Assembly: GCA_963749075.1 (NCBI GenBank)
Contig: CAVVLJ010000016.1
Location: 768,001 to 832,000, forward strand
Direction of reading: 5' to 3'
Length of the DNA: 64,000 nt
DNA from: an uncultured Pseudomonadota bacterium
Lineage (GTDB): Bacteria > Pseudomonadota > Alphaproteobacteria > JACZXZ01
Below the pieces are notes generated by a model. That model was not told the origin of the DNA. It searched no databases and worked only from the letters and a program-made list of their open reading frames with translations. Positions 42,738 through 53,259 of this stretch are shown here, piece by piece; within the stretch, counting starts at the first letter, position 1; every line of letters begins with the position of its first letter. A program made the translations under genes and the position numbers.

Positions 42738-43537
42738 TGCTGAGGTTCGTCGAGGCCTATTTCGCTCCGAAGAAGGACATCCCACGGCGTGTCTATCTTT
42801 CGGTAAGCACGTTCGTGGGCCTTCTCGGGCTCGCACTCTGGTGCGGGCTCTCGTACGGCGGGCTGGTGCGCCCGGACTTCCTCCCCACCCCGGTGGCCGT
42901 GGGCAAGGCGGCCATCGACGGCATCGCCGACGGCTCGCTTCTCGTCAACACCTGGGCGAGCCTGGTCGAGATACTCTCCGGCTTCGCCATCGCCTCGCTC
43001 CTCGCGGTGCCGTTCGGCATCCTGATGGGCAGCTTCAAGATCGTCGAGGCCGGGATCGAGCCCGTCACCAACTTCGTGCGCTATCTGCCGGTGAGCGCGC
43101 TCATCCCGCTCCTCATCCTCTGGGTCGGCATCGACATCGAGGAGAAGATCACCGTCATCTTCATCGGCACCTTCTTCCAGCAGCTCATCCTGATCGCCGA
43201 CGTGTCGCGCGGCGTCTCTCACGATCTGCTCGACGTCTCCTATACGCTCGGCGCCAACCGCCGCACGGTGGTGACGCGCGTGCTCATTCCCGCGACGCTG
43301 CCGGGGGTGATGGACACGCTCCGCGTCACCCTCGGCTGGGCCTGGACCTACCTCGTGGTCGCCGAGCTCGTGGCCGCCAACAAGGGGCTCGGCTACTTCA
43401 TCCTCAACTCGATGCGCGGCCTCTTCACCGACCAGATTTTCCTCGGCATCATGGTCATCGGGCTCCTGGGCCTCATCGCCGATCAGGCCATCAAGGCGCT
43501 GCGCAACTGGCTCCTTCCGTGGGCGGCGGAGCCCTGA
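42737..43537 (+). CDS. NitT/TauT ABC permease
   Basis: FLPTP, RYLPVSAL, GWAWTYLVVAEL; ATG overlaps the upstream TGA. Confidence 0.9.
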   Translation: MLRFVEAYFAPKKDIPRRVYLSVSTFVGLLGLALWCGLSYGGLVRPDFLPTPVAVGKAAIDGIADGSLLVNTWASLVEILSGFAIASLLAVPFGILMGSFKIVEAGIEPVTNFVRYLPVSALIPLLILWVGIDIEEKITVIFIGTFFQQLILIADVSRGVSHDLLDVSYTLGANRRTVVTRVLIPATLPGVMDTLRVTLGWAWTYLVVAELVAANKGLGYFILNSMRGLFTDQIFLGIMVIGLLGLIADQAIKALRNWLLPWAAEP

Positions 43538-43554
43538 GCGAGAGGCGTGCCGCC

Positions 43555-44331
43555 GTGGCGAAGCTCAGCATCCAGAGCGTGGCGCTCCGCTTCACGCCCA
43601 AGGGCGGCCGCACCGTGACGGCACTCGAGAACATCTCCCTCGCCGTCGAGGAGAACGAGTTCTCGGTCATCGTGGGTCCATCGGGCTGCGGCAAGACGAG
43701 CCTGCTGCGTCTCGTGGCCGGCCTCATCCAGCCGAGCGAAGGGACGATCGCCCTCGACGGCGCCGCCGTCACCAAGCCGGGCAGGGAGCGCGGCATGGTG
43801 TTCCAGTCCTACACGCTCTTTCCCTGGCTCAGCGTCGCGGAGAACGTCGAGTTCGGCCCCAAGATCGCCGGCCTGGAGGCGGCGGAGCGCCGGCGCATCG
43901 TCCAGCACTACCTCGCCGAGGTCGGGCTCGAGGGCTTCGAGCGCGCCTTCCCGAAGCAGCTCTCTGGCGGCATGATGCAGCGCGTGGCGCTGGCGAGGGC
44001 GCTCGCCAACGATCCGGCGATCCTCCTCATGGACGAGCCCTTCGGGGCGCTGGACAGCCAGACGCGCTCGCTCATGCAGGAGCTACTCCTCAAGATCTGG
44101 GAGCATGCCCACAAGACCGTGCTCTTCATCACCCACGACATCGACGAGGCGATCCTCCTGGGCGACCGCGTCCATGTCATGACGGCGCGGCCGGGGCGCA
44201 TCAAGGAGGAGGTCGCCATCGACATCCCGCGGCCGCGCTCGGTCGAGGCACTGACCTCGGACCGCTTCATCGCCTTGAAGCGCCGCATCATGGCGCTCAT
44301 CCACGCGGAAGCCGTGCGCGCCATGGGCTGA
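43555..44331 (+). CDS. NitT/TauT ABC ATPase
   Basis: GPSGCGKT, LSGGMMQR, MDEPFGALD; GTG start inferred. Confidence 0.92.
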   Translation: MAKLSIQSVALRFTPKGGRTVTALENISLAVEENEFSVIVGPSGCGKTSLLRLVAGLIQPSEGTIALDGAAVTKPGRERGMVFQSYTLFPWLSVAENVEFGPKIAGLEAAERRRIVQHYLAEVGLEGFERAFPKQLSGGMMQRVALARALANDPAILLMDEPFGALDSQTRSLMQELLLKIWEHAHKTVLFITHDIDEAILLGDRVHVMTARPGRIKEEVAIDIPRPRSVEALTSDRFIALKRRIMALIHAEAVRAMG

Positions 44332-44711
44332 GCCTGCGGTTGCGCGCCAGCGTGCTCCGCCAACTGCATGGTGCGATGCGACAGGCGGGACTCGCGGCCA
44401 GGCTGAGAGGCGGCGGTCCTTATGGCGAAAAATACACCAAATCAATGTCTTATATTTTTTGTTTGAAATCCTCTCAAACTTCTGATCTATTGTGCATTGC
44501 GGCATGGCGCTCTGCCGCCCTGGCAGGGCGCGTCGCATGCCCTTATTGGGCGTTTCCTCCCTACACTTGGGCCGCGCAACTGCGCGGCCCCTTTTTTTCA
44601 GGTGCTGGGGCTGGGCACGGGATTGTGAACGGCGCGAACGCCGTTGCCGCAAGGTTCGTCGTGCGACGAGCGTAGAATGCCTTATCTTTCGTCAAAATGA
44701 AGGAGGGGACA

Positions 44712-45116
44712 GTGCCCGACATCAAGCCGTTTCCGACGAGCTGGGCGCCGGGCGCGCTGAGCGTGCTGCGCATTGTCGCGGCGCTCTGCTTCATGGAGCA
44801 TGGCACCTCCAAGTATCTCGGCCTTCCCCATAATGCGATGTTTGACAATCTGCACCTCTTCTCGCTCCTCGGGCTTGCCGGCGTGCTGGAGCTCGGCGGC
44901 GGCCTTCTGTTGCTGGTGGGGCTCTTCAGCCGCGCGGTGGCATTCATCCTCTCGGGCGAGATGGCCTTCGCCTATTTCATGGCGCACGCGCCGCGGGGCT
45001 TCTTTCCCGCGGCCAACGGCGGCGAGGCGGCGGTCCTCTACTGCTTCATCTTTCTCTATCTCGCCGCGGCGGGCGGCGGCGCCTGGAGCGTCGATCGGGC
45101 GCTGAAGCGCTCGTAG
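44712..45116 (+). CDS. DoxX-family membrane protein
   Basis: LRI......HGTSK, SGEMAFAYF, NGGE, GGGAWSVD; GGAGG before the GTG. Confidence 0.88.
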   Translation: MPDIKPFPTSWAPGALSVLRIVAALCFMEHGTSKYLGLPHNAMFDNLHLFSLLGLAGVLELGGGLLLLVGLFSRAVAFILSGEMAFAYFMAHAPRGFFPAANGGEAAVLYCFIFLYLAAAGGGAWSVDRALKRS

Positions 45117-46063
45117 CAGGCAAGGAGGTGTCCTTCGCCGACGGGTAGCAACGGCGGATGCGCCGTGCTGCAGTGGGGGCGCGCGATCGGGCAGCGCCCG
45201 CGGTAGCGGCAGCCGGCAGCACTCGACGGCGCGCTCAGGTCCTCGGGCGGCACGGCCGACCGGTCGTCCGGCTCGTCGAGCGTCGCGAGAAGCGCTTCCG
45301 TATAGGGATGGCGCGGGTGGGCAAAGAGCTCCTCGGTCGGCGCCAGCTCCACGAGCTTGCCGAAATACATCACCCCGATGCGGTCCGAGATGTAGCGCGC
45401 GACGTGGAGGTCGTGGGTGATGAAGAGGAGTGCCAAGCCCAGGCGCTCCTGCACCTCCTTGAAGAGGTTGAGTATCTGGGCGCGCACCGAGACGTCGAGC
45501 TTGGACACCGCCTCGTCGGCGACGATGAGCGCCGGCTCGAGCGTGAGCGCGCGGCCGATCGCCACGCGCTGCAGCTGGCCGCCCGAGAGCTCGTGCGGGT
45601 AGCGCCCGGCGAAGGCCGGCGGCAGGCCCACGGTCGCGAGGATGCGCGCGACCTCGGCCGCGAGTGCCGGCCGCGTGCAGAGCCTGTGGAGGAGCAGCGG
45701 GATCTCGAGGGCGCGCCCCACCGTGTGACGCGGATTGAGCGACGACAGCGGGTCCTGGAAGATCATCTGCAGATGGCGCCGGAAGGGCTTGAGCTTGCGC
45801 TCCGGGAGATGGCTGATGTCGACGCCGCGGAAGGCGATGCGGCCGCCCGCCGGCTCGTAGAGGCGGAGAAGCGTCTTGCCGACGGTCGTCTTGCCGCTCC
45901 CCAATTCGCCGACCAGGCCGAGCACCTCGCCCGCGCGGATCTCGAGGCTCACGCCGTCCACGGCGCGGAAGCGCCGCGAGGCTCCCAGTGCCGGGCTGCG
46001 GGCGGCGAATTCCACCACCAGCTCGTCGAGGGCGACGAGGGCTTGCGCTGCCGCGTCAGTCAT
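45056..46063 (-). CDS. Peptide/nickel-type ABC ATPase
   Basis: GELGSGKT (usually GESG), LSGGQLQR, GCRYRGRC. Confidence 0.9.
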   Translation of the reverse strand: MTDAAAQALVALDELVVEFAARSPALGASRRFRAVDGVSLEIRAGEVLGLVGELGSGKTTVGKTLLRLYEPAGGRIAFRGVDISHLPERKLKPFRRHLQMIFQDPLSSLNPRHTVGRALEIPLLLHRLCTRPALAAEVARILATVGLPPAFAGRYPHELSGGQLQRVAIGRALTLEPALIVADEAVSKLDVSVRAQILNLFKEVQERLGLALLFITHDLHVARYISDRIGVMYFGKLVELAPTEELFAHPRHPYTEALLATLDEPDDRSAVPPEDLSAPSSAAGCRYRGRCPIARPHCSTAHPPLLPVGEGHLLACYERFSARSTLQAPPPAAAR

Positions 46064-47027
46064 AGAGGATGCAGCGGACGTGCCGCTCGCTGCCGAGCTC
46101 GCGCATCGCCGGACGCGCAGTCAGGCAGGCGGCGCGGGCCTGGGAGCAGCGGGGCGCGAAGAGGCAGCCCGGCGGCAGCTCGTGCGGGTTGGGCGGCTCG
46201 CCCGCGATCTCGGAGAGCCGGCCGCCGCGGAATAGCGCCTCGGCCGTCGCGAGCAGGCCCTGCGTATAGGGGTGCTTCGGCTCCGCGAAGAGTGCCTCGG
46301 CAGGCCCGCTCTCGACGATCTCGCCCGCGTACATGACCGCGATGCGGTCGGCGAGCACGCGCGCGATCGTCATGTCGTGGGTGATGAAGAGGATGGCGGC
46401 GGAGACCCGCTTCTGGAGGCGGCGGAAGAGCGCCAGTATCTGGCGCTCGACGATATTGTCGAGATTGGTGGTGGGCTCGTCGGCGATGATCACCTCGGGC
46501 TCGAGGGCGAGCACCATGGCGATGAGCAGGCGCTGCAGCATGCCGCCCGAGAGCTGGTGGGGGTAGAGCTTGAGGACGCGCTGCGGCTCGGCGATGCCGA
46601 CGTCGGCGAGGAGGCGGCGCGTCTCGCCGGCCCAGTCGCCGACGGCAGCGGCCCTGCCGCGCGCCTTGCGCCGGAAGACCTCGCGCATGTGCCAGGCGAT
46701 GCTCTTGGCCGGGTTGAAGGCGCCGGGCGGGTTCTGGAAGATCATGGCGAGATGGACGCCGCGCAGCGCGCGGAATGCTGCGTCGGGGAGCTGGCGCACG
46801 TCCTCGCCCTTGAAGCGCAGGAGCTCGGCCTCGGTCTCGGCACTCGCCGGCAGCAGGCGGAGCAGCGATAGCCCGGTCACGGTCTTGCCCGAGCCGGATT
46901 CGCCGATGAGCGCCAGGAGCTCGCCCTGGCGGAGCTCGAGGTCGACGCCGCGCACGGCCACGACGGCACCGCCCCTCACGCCAAAGCGCGTGCTGAGGCC
47001 GCGCACCTCGAGGACCGCAGCGCTCAC
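46056..47027 (-). CDS. Peptide/nickel-type ABC ATPase
   Basis: GESGSGKT, LSGGMLQR, DEPTTNLD. Confidence 0.9.
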   Translation of the reverse strand: MSAAVLEVRGLSTRFGVRGGAVVAVRGVDLELRQGELLALIGESGSGKTVTGLSLLRLLPASAETEAELLRFKGEDVRQLPDAAFRALRGVHLAMIFQNPPGAFNPAKSIAWHMREVFRRKARGRAAAVGDWAGETRRLLADVGIAEPQRVLKLYPHQLSGGMLQRLLIAMVLALEPEVIIADEPTTNLDNIVERQILALFRRLQKRVSAAILFITHDMTIARVLADRIAVMYAGEIVESGPAEALFAEPKHPYTQGLLATAEALFRGGRLSEIAGEPPNPHELPPGCLFAPRCSQARAACLTARPAMRELGSERHVRCILYD

Positions 47028-47890
47028 GGCTCGGCCCGCCGCTTGAGCCGCGGGTCGGTCAGGTCGCGCAAGCCGTCGCCCAAGAGGTTGAGGCCGAGGA
47101 GGGCGACCGAGATGACGAGCCCGGTCAGCGTCAGCACCCAGGGGCCGCGCTGGAAGTACTCGCGCCCGTCGGCCATGATGACGCCGAGCGACGGCGTCGG
47201 CGGCTGCACGCCGAGGCCGAGGAAGCTCAAGCCCGCCTCGATGACGATGCCGAAAGCCAGGCCGATGCTCGCCTGCACCACGAGCGGGGCGGCGATGTTG
47301 GGCAGTATCTCGCGGAAGAGGATGCGCAAGGGCGATTGCCCCATGAGGCGCGCCGCCTGGATGAAGGGCTCCTCCTTGACGAGGAGCGTCGTATTGCGCG
47401 CGAGGCGCGCGAAGATGGGAAAATAGACGAGGGCGATCGCGAGGATGACGTTCTCGACGCCGAAGCCGAGCACCACCATGAGGAAGAGGGCGAGCACGAA
47501 GCTCGGGAAGGCGAAGAGGAGATCGGAGAAGCGCATCAGCGCCGCGTCGGTGAGCCCGCCGTGATAGGCGGCCGTCATGCCCGAGAGCGTCCCGGCGGCT
47601 GCGGCGAGGAGCACGCCCGCGAAGCTGACGAGGAGCGAGATGCGCCCGCCGAAGAGCACGCGGGTGAGCACGTCGCGGCCGAAGGAATCGGTGCCGAGCG
47701 GATGCGCCCAGCTCGGCGGCACGAGCAGGTTGGCGAAGTCCATGTCGACCGGCGAATAAGGCATCAGCTCGGCACCAAGGCTCACGCCCAGCACCACGAT
47801 TGCGGTGATGAGCGTGCCGACGAACGCCGTGCGGCTGCCGAGGATGGCGCGCGCAATGGTGCCGAGGTGCCGGGACGGACGCGCCGCCAT
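47024..47890 (-). CDS. Peptide/nickel-type ABC permease (C type)
   Basis: HPLGTDSFGRD, LSFLGLG, GDGLRD. Confidence 0.9.
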   Translation of the reverse strand: MAARPSRHLGTIARAILGSRTAFVGTLITAIVVLGVSLGAELMPYSPVDMDFANLLVPPSWAHPLGTDSFGRDVLTRVLFGGRISLLVSFAGVLLAAAAGTLSGMTAAYHGGLTDAALMRFSDLLFAFPSFVLALFLMVVLGFGVENVILAIALVYFPIFARLARNTTLLVKEEPFIQAARLMGQSPLRILFREILPNIAAPLVVQASIGLAFGIVIEAGLSFLGLGVQPPTPSLGVIMADGREYFQRGPWVLTLTGLVISVALLGLNLLGDGLRDLTDPRLKRRAEP

Positions 47891-48843
47891 CAGCCGCTCC
47901 TCCGCGGGTCGAGACCGCTGCAGATGAGATCGACGCCGAGATTGACCGCGAGCACGACGGCGAGGAAAGTCACGGCACAGGCCTCCACCACCGGATAGTC
48001 CCGCCCGAAGGCGCCGTCGACCATGAGCGAGCCGAGCCCCGGGATTCCGAAGATGCGCTCGATCACCACCACGCCGCCGAGCAGGTAGCGCACCTGGAGC
48101 CCGATGACGGTGACATAGGGGATGAGGGCGTTGCGGAAGACGTAATGGAGGAAGATGAAGAACTCGGCGAAGCCGAAGGAGCGCGCCACGGTGACGAACT
48201 CGCGGTGCGCCACCTCGAGGAGCGAGGCGCGCAGCGTGCGCGCGAAGACGGCCGCCATCGGCGCCGAGATGGCAAGGGCGGGAAGGAAGCCGCTGTGCAA
48301 GGCGCCGGCGAGCGACTGGCCGGGCGAGACGAAGCCGTAGGAGGGGAACCAGCCGAGGCCGAGGGCCAAGGCGTAGATCAGCACGTAGCTCAGCCAGAAG
48401 TCCGGCATCGAGATGCCGAGCACGGCTATGGAGGTGGCGAAGGTATCGGCCAGCCGTCCGCGCCTCAAGGCCGCGATCGTCCCCATGAGGAGCGACACCG
48501 CGATGGCGAGCGCCAGCGCATAGCCCCCGATGAAGATCGTGTTGGGCAGCCGAGCCGCAATCAGGCTGGAGATCGAGGTGCCGCCGGCGATGGTGAGCGA
48601 GCGCCCGAAATCGCCTCTGAGCGCCGCCGCGAACCACAGCCAGAACTGCTCGAGGAGCGGATCGTCCAGGTGGAAGCGCTGGTGGAAGGCCGCCACCGCC
48701 TCGGGCGGCGCCTGCTCGCCGAGCACGGCGAGCGCCGGATCGCCGGGTGCGGCCTTCATCACCATGAAGACGGCGAAGGCGCCGACCAGGATGGTGAGCG
48801 CCATGCCAAGAAGGCGCGGCGGAATCGTGCGGAGGCGGCTCAC
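47890..48843 (-). CDS. Peptide/nickel-type ABC permease (B type)
   Basis: PGDPA, GDFGRS, ERIFGIPGLG, LDPR. Confidence 0.9.
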   Translation of the reverse strand: MSRLRTIPPRLLGMALTILVGAFAVFMVMKAAPGDPALAVLGEQAPPEAVAAFHQRFHLDDPLLEQFWLWFAAALRGDFGRSLTIAGGTSISSLIAARLPNTIFIGGYALALAIAVSLLMGTIAALRRGRLADTFATSIAVLGISMPDFWLSYVLIYALALGLGWFPSYGFVSPGQSLAGALHSGFLPALAISAPMAAVFARTLRASLLEVAHREFVTVARSFGFAEFFIFLHYVFRNALIPYVTVIGLQVRYLLGGVVVIERIFGIPGLGSLMVDGAFGRDYPVVEACAVTFLAVVLAVNLGVDLICSGLDPRRSG

Positions 48844-48955
48844 GCGGACAACCCCTTTGACGACCTCGCCGGCGGAAGGCGGCCGGGAAGGCGGCCCTGC
48901 CGCCCCGGCCCGCCATAGAGACGACGAAGGCGTCCGCGGGTCAAGCGCCCGCGCG

Positions 48956-50527
48956 TCAAGAGATCGTCAGGTTCTGGAAGGTGTCGCCGTAGTTCGAATA
49001 AGGGAGCTGGACGAAGCCCTTGACCTTGGTGCTGGCGAGGTTGTGCACGTTCGAGCAGAAGCACGGCACGATCGGCATGTCCTCGATCATCATGGCCTCC
49101 GCCTCCTTGTAGAGCTCGCCGCGCTTGGGCCGGTCGAGCTCCTGGCGCGCCTTGACCAGGAGGGCGTCGAGCTTGGCGTTGGAGTAGCCCTGGAAGTTGC
49201 GATAGGCGCCGGTGTAGAGGATGTCGTAGAGGTACTCGTCGGGATCGACGAAGCCGAGCCAGCCCCACACCGAGCCCTGGAAATCGCCGGCGCGCTGGCG
49301 CGCATAGACCGTATTGGGGTCGTTGACCTCGATGGTGAGCTTGGTGCCGAGCGTCTGGTTGACCTGGGCCGTCCACACCTCGACGATGCGCTTCCACCAG
49401 CCGGCACCCCAGGCGAGGATGACCGCCTCGGTGCCCGCCTTGTACTTCGACTGGGCGAGCTCCGCCTTGGCGCGTTCCGGATTGTAGGTGGTGAGCGCGC
49501 GCGGCTTTGGGTCGTAGGCGAACTTGAGCGAGGGCGGGATCAGCCCGTGGCTCGCCACCCCTTCGCCGAACAGCACCACCTTGACCATGGCGTCGCGGTC
49601 GAAGGCGAGCGAGCAGGCGCGGCGGAAATGCACGTCATCGAAAGGCGGCTTGCGGTTGTTGAGGGCGATGAAGCGCGTGTTGAGCCCCGCCTGCCTGTAG
49701 ACCTTGATATCGGTGCGCTTCTCGAGGTCCGACACGTCGGCGAACGGGGCCGTGCTGGTGAGGTCGATCTGGCCGCCCAGGAGTGCCGTGACGCCGCTCG
49801 TCTCCTCGGAGATGAACGGCATCTCGACGGTGCGCAGCATCGGGTGCCCGGTCCTGAAATAGCCGGCATGGGCCGCGAGCTGCACACTCTCCTTGGCCGC
49901 CCAGCTCTTGATCATGAAGGCGCCGGTGCCGACCGGCTTCTTGCCGAAGGCCTCGGCGCCCATGGCCTCGACCGCTTTCTTGGGCACGATCTGCGTGCCG
50001 GTGCGCGCGTTGCAGAGGAAGGTGAGGAGCGGGGCGAAGGGCTCCTTCATGGCGATGCGCACCGTCGCGTCGTCGGGCGTCGTCACCGCGGAGATGCCGG
50101 AGACCTTGCTGCGGTTGGGTGAGCCGAATTTGTCGTCGAGCAGGCGCTCGAGGGTGAACTTCACGTCCTCGGCGCTCATGGTGCTGCCGTCATGGAACTT
50201 GACGCCCCGGCGCAGCTTGAACTCGAAGGTGCCGTCGGGCGAGAGCGTGTACGACTCGGCGAGGTCGGGGACGATCTCCATGTTGGCGTCGAAGGTCATG
50301 AGGCCGTTGAAGAGGGCCCAGATCACGTAGAACTCGGGGATCAGCGTCGCCTTTCCCGGGTCGAGCGTGTTGATCACGTCGTAGCCCGTAATGCCCGCCC
50401 TGAGATTGTCGCCCGCCGCCAGCGCCCGGCCGCCGAGCCAGGGCTGAGCGAGCCCGGCGGCCCCCAGTGCCGCAGCACCCTGGAGAAGCTTCCGCCGCGA
50501 GACTCCCGTGCGTTTCGGCGCCTTCAT
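48956..50527 (-). CDS. Family 5 ABC substrate-binding protein, Tat-exported
   Basis: SRRKLL twin-arginine signal; PDLAES, FHDG, VGTGAF. Confidence 0.9.
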   Translation of the reverse strand: MKAPKRTGVSRRKLLQGAAALGAAGLAQPWLGGRALAAGDNLRAGITGYDVINTLDPGKATLIPEFYVIWALFNGLMTFDANMEIVPDLAESYTLSPDGTFEFKLRRGVKFHDGSTMSAEDVKFTLERLLDDKFGSPNRSKVSGISAVTTPDDATVRIAMKEPFAPLLTFLCNARTGTQIVPKKAVEAMGAEAFGKKPVGTGAFMIKSWAAKESVQLAAHAGYFRTGHPMLRTVEMPFISEETSGVTALLGGQIDLTSTAPFADVSDLEKRTDIKVYRQAGLNTRFIALNNRKPPFDDVHFRRACSLAFDRDAMVKVVLFGEGVASHGLIPPSLKFAYDPKPRALTTYNPERAKAELAQSKYKAGTEAVILAWGAGWWKRIVEVWTAQVNQTLGTKLTIEVNDPNTVYARQRAGDFQGSVWGWLGFVDPDEYLYDILYTGAYRNFQGYSNAKLDALLVKARQELDRPKRGELYKEAEAMMIEDMPIVPCFCSNVHNLASTKVKGFVQLPYSNYGDTFQNLTIS

Positions 50528-50557
50528 GACCGTCTCCTGTTCCCGATGTTTTATCGA

Positions 50558-50759
50558 TTATGCATACCGAGCTTATGGAAGAAATGGTTGCGGCGTCAAT
50601 GTTTATGAATGATTGAAGTTTCGTTGAGATCGTCTATCTACGCGTTAGTTATTTGATTTATATATGAAATTACTCCATTCATCGAGACCGCCAGCGATTG
50701 TGCCGACAACTCCTCGACAGCCGGGTGACCGCATGTTATCGATATTTCGGTATACATAA
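50558..50759. promoter_or_regulatory. Pair of putative GntR operator sites in a divergent promoter
   Basis: ttatgcataccga (50558-50570) and tcggtatacataa (50747-50759) are 12/13 inverted copies with a GTATRCA core. Confidence 0.55.
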
Positions 50760-50784
50760 ATCAAGGCTGGGGGTTGACGCGACC

Positions 50785-51498
50785 ATGGCCGATGCGTTGC
50801 GGCGCGAACGGGCGGGGCCGGCTCAGCTCCGCCGCCAGCTCTACGAGCAGCTCAAGGGCGACATTGCGGCCTTGCGTCTCAAGCCCGGGGATGCGCTGCA
50901 GGAGCTCGAGCTCGCGGCGCGCTACGGCGGCAGCCGCACGCCCGTGCGCGAGGCGCTCACCCGGCTGCTGGAGGAAGGGCTCGTCGTGCGCTCGGGGCGC
51001 GGCTATGCGGTCACCAGCTTCGCACCCGAGGACGTGCGCCACCTCTACGAGCTGCGCGAGGCGCTGGAGAAGATGGCGATCGGTCTCGCCATCGAGCGGG
51101 CGTCGGACGCCGAGCTCGCGGCGCTCGTGGGCGAGGTCGAGGCGCACCGGCCGGTGATCGAGCGCGGCGACGTGGCGGCCTTCAACCGCCTCGACAGCGC
51201 CTTTCACCTCTCGATCGCGCGGCTCGCGCGCAATCCGCTGCTGGCCGCCGAGATGACGCGGCTCCACGACAAGGTGAAGATCGTGCGCAACCGCGAGCTC
51301 AGCAGCCGCCAGGGCCTCGTCAACGCCATGGCGGATCATCAGCGCATCCTCGGCGCCATGCTGCGCCGGGACGTGGCGACCGCCGAGGCGGAGATGCGCT
51401 ATCACGTGAGGAGCGTGGTGGCGCTCTACCACGGCTACCAGGAGCCGCGGCCGCCGAACCCGTTCGCGTCCGCTCCGCCCGAGGGCGCGCCGCGATGA
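50785..51498 (+). CDS. GntR-family regulator (FCD domain)
   Basis: SRTPVREAL HTH, LYELREALE, FHL, NPLL, DH..I. Confidence 0.92.
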   Translation: MADALRRERAGPAQLRRQLYEQLKGDIAALRLKPGDALQELELAARYGGSRTPVREALTRLLEEGLVVRSGRGYAVTSFAPEDVRHLYELREALEKMAIGLAIERASDAELAALVGEVEAHRPVIERGDVAAFNRLDSAFHLSIARLARNPLLAAEMTRLHDKVKIVRNRELSSRQGLVNAMADHQRILGAMLRRDVATAEAEMRYHVRSVVALYHGYQEPRPPNPFASAPPEGAPR

Positions 51499-53051
51499 GG
51501 CGGCCGCTCGGCGAGCTCGCGGGGAAGAGCTTCGACGTGGCGGTGATCGGCGCCGGCGTCAATGGCGCGAGTGCCGCCCAGCACCTGGCAGCAAGCGGCT
51601 ATCGCGTGGTGCTGCTCGACAAGGGCGATTTCGCCTCGGGCTCCTCGAGCCGCTCGAGCCGCCTTCTCCATTGCGGCCTGCGCTATCTGGCGCCCGGCAC
51701 CTCCGCGTGGGAGTTCCTCCTCCACCCGAGCCGGCTCGCCACCGCCTTGCGCATGGCGCGGCAGGCGATGGCGAGCCGCAGCCAGTTCGTCGCCACGACG
51801 CCCGAGCGGGCGCGCGCGCTCAAGTTCGCCTTCCCGATCTATCGCGGCGGTCCCTACGCCGCCTGGCAGGTCGATCTCGCCTTCAAGATACTCGAGAGCC
51901 TGGGGCCCAAGGACCTGCCGCTCGACTACCGCCGCCTGCCGCCCGGCGAGGTGCGCTCGACGCCGCTCCTCAAATGGCTGCGCGAGCCCGAGCGGCTTCA
52001 GAGCGTCGCCATGTTCCGCGAGTACCAGTTCGAATGGCCGGAGCGCATCGCACTCGACGCCGTGCTCGATGCCGAGCGCATGGGGGCGGTCGTGCGCAAC
52101 TACACGGCCGTCAAGGGGCTCGAGCGGCTCGGCGAGCGCGGCTGGCGCCTTCACCTCGAGGACGGGCTCGAGCCGGGCAAGACGGCGGAGGTCTCGGCCG
52201 CACTCGTCCTCAACATGGCCGGCATCTGGATCGACCGGGTGAACGCGAGCGTGGGCGGCGGCGGCCGCGCGCGGCGCAAGATTCTCGGCACCAAGGGCAT
52301 CCACATCATGATCCGCCTGCCGCCCGACTGCCGCGACTACGGCATCGCCACGCTCAACCGCGAGAACGAGGGGCTCTACTGCGTCCCCTGGCGCGGCCTG
52401 CATTATTTCGGGCCGACCGAGACGGTCTACGAGGGCGAGCTCGACGACATCCGCCCGCTCGAGGAGGAGATCGCCTTCTTGATCGCGGAGGCGAACCATC
52501 TCCTGCCGGCGCTTGCGCTCAAGCGCAGCGACGTGCTCTTTGCCTGGGCCGGCGTGCGGCCGCTCACCTACGATCCGGCGCTGCCCAAGGGCAAGCGCTC
52601 GCGCGAGCTCCACGATCTTGCGGCCGACGGCATGCCCGGCGTGCTCGCCATGACCGCGGGTCCGATAATGACGCACCGCTCGGCCGGGCTCGAGGCCACG
52701 GCGGCCGTGCGCCGCCGCCTGCCGCCCTCCGGCGAGCCGCAGGCGCTCTCCTACGCGGCGCGGCTCTATCCCGAGAACCAGAACTCGCCGCCGCTCCTCG
52801 ACGACTGGACCCAAGTCAAGCTCGCCGACCTGCGCACGGCTGCCGAGCGCGAGCACGCGACGAGCCTCGCCGATCTCCTCTTCCGCCGCACCGGTGCTGG
52901 CTGGACCGCGAGCATGGCCGCGGCAGCCGCCCCGCGCGCCGCCGAGGCCGTGGCCGACATCCTCGGCTGGGACGAGGCGCGCATTGCCGCGGAAGTGGTA
53001 GAATATCGCACCTACGTCGCGCGCAACCATCTCCTCGGGGGCGCCGGCTAG
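51495..53051 (+). CDS. FAD-dependent oxidoreductase, glycerol-3-phosphate dehydrogenase (GlpD)-like
   Basis: VIGAGVNG, DFASGSSSRSSRLLHCGLRYL, KGIHI, WAGVRPL, DLLFRRT. Confidence 0.85.
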   Translation: MRRPLGELAGKSFDVAVIGAGVNGASAAQHLAASGYRVVLLDKGDFASGSSSRSSRLLHCGLRYLAPGTSAWEFLLHPSRLATALRMARQAMASRSQFVATTPERARALKFAFPIYRGGPYAAWQVDLAFKILESLGPKDLPLDYRRLPPGEVRSTPLLKWLREPERLQSVAMFREYQFEWPERIALDAVLDAERMGAVVRNYTAVKGLERLGERGWRLHLEDGLEPGKTAEVSAALVLNMAGIWIDRVNASVGGGGRARRKILGTKGIHIMIRLPPDCRDYGIATLNRENEGLYCVPWRGLHYFGPTETVYEGELDDIRPLEEEIAFLIAEANHLLPALALKRSDVLFAWAGVRPLTYDPALPKGKRSRELHDLAADGMPGVLAMTAGPIMTHRSAGLEATAAVRRRLPPSGEPQALSYAARLYPENQNSPPLLDDWTQVKLADLRTAAEREHATSLADLLFRRTGAGWTASMAAAAAPRAAEAVADILGWDEARIAAEVVEYRTYVARNHLLGGAG

Positions 53052-53259
53052 GCCATCGCAAGAGGCGGCCTCGGTGCGGCACAGGCGCTCCGACTTTCGA
53101 ATCCTGCTCGCGGCGGCTCTCGCCGCGGCGCTCTCTCTCGCCGGTCCGGCAAAGGCCGAGCTCCTCCATCTCGAGCAGAGCGTCATTGGCTTCGCAGGCG
53201 GCATCGGAGAGGTTACTCCCGGCCTGTCGTTGTCCTCGCCCCTTGACTGACACGAGCGT

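Noticed and set aside
44340-44700. Small RNA or small gene in the AT-rich gap before doxX
   Set aside because: No convincing RBS/ORF or recognisable RNA family; only a possible terminator-like hairpin near 44568-44599.
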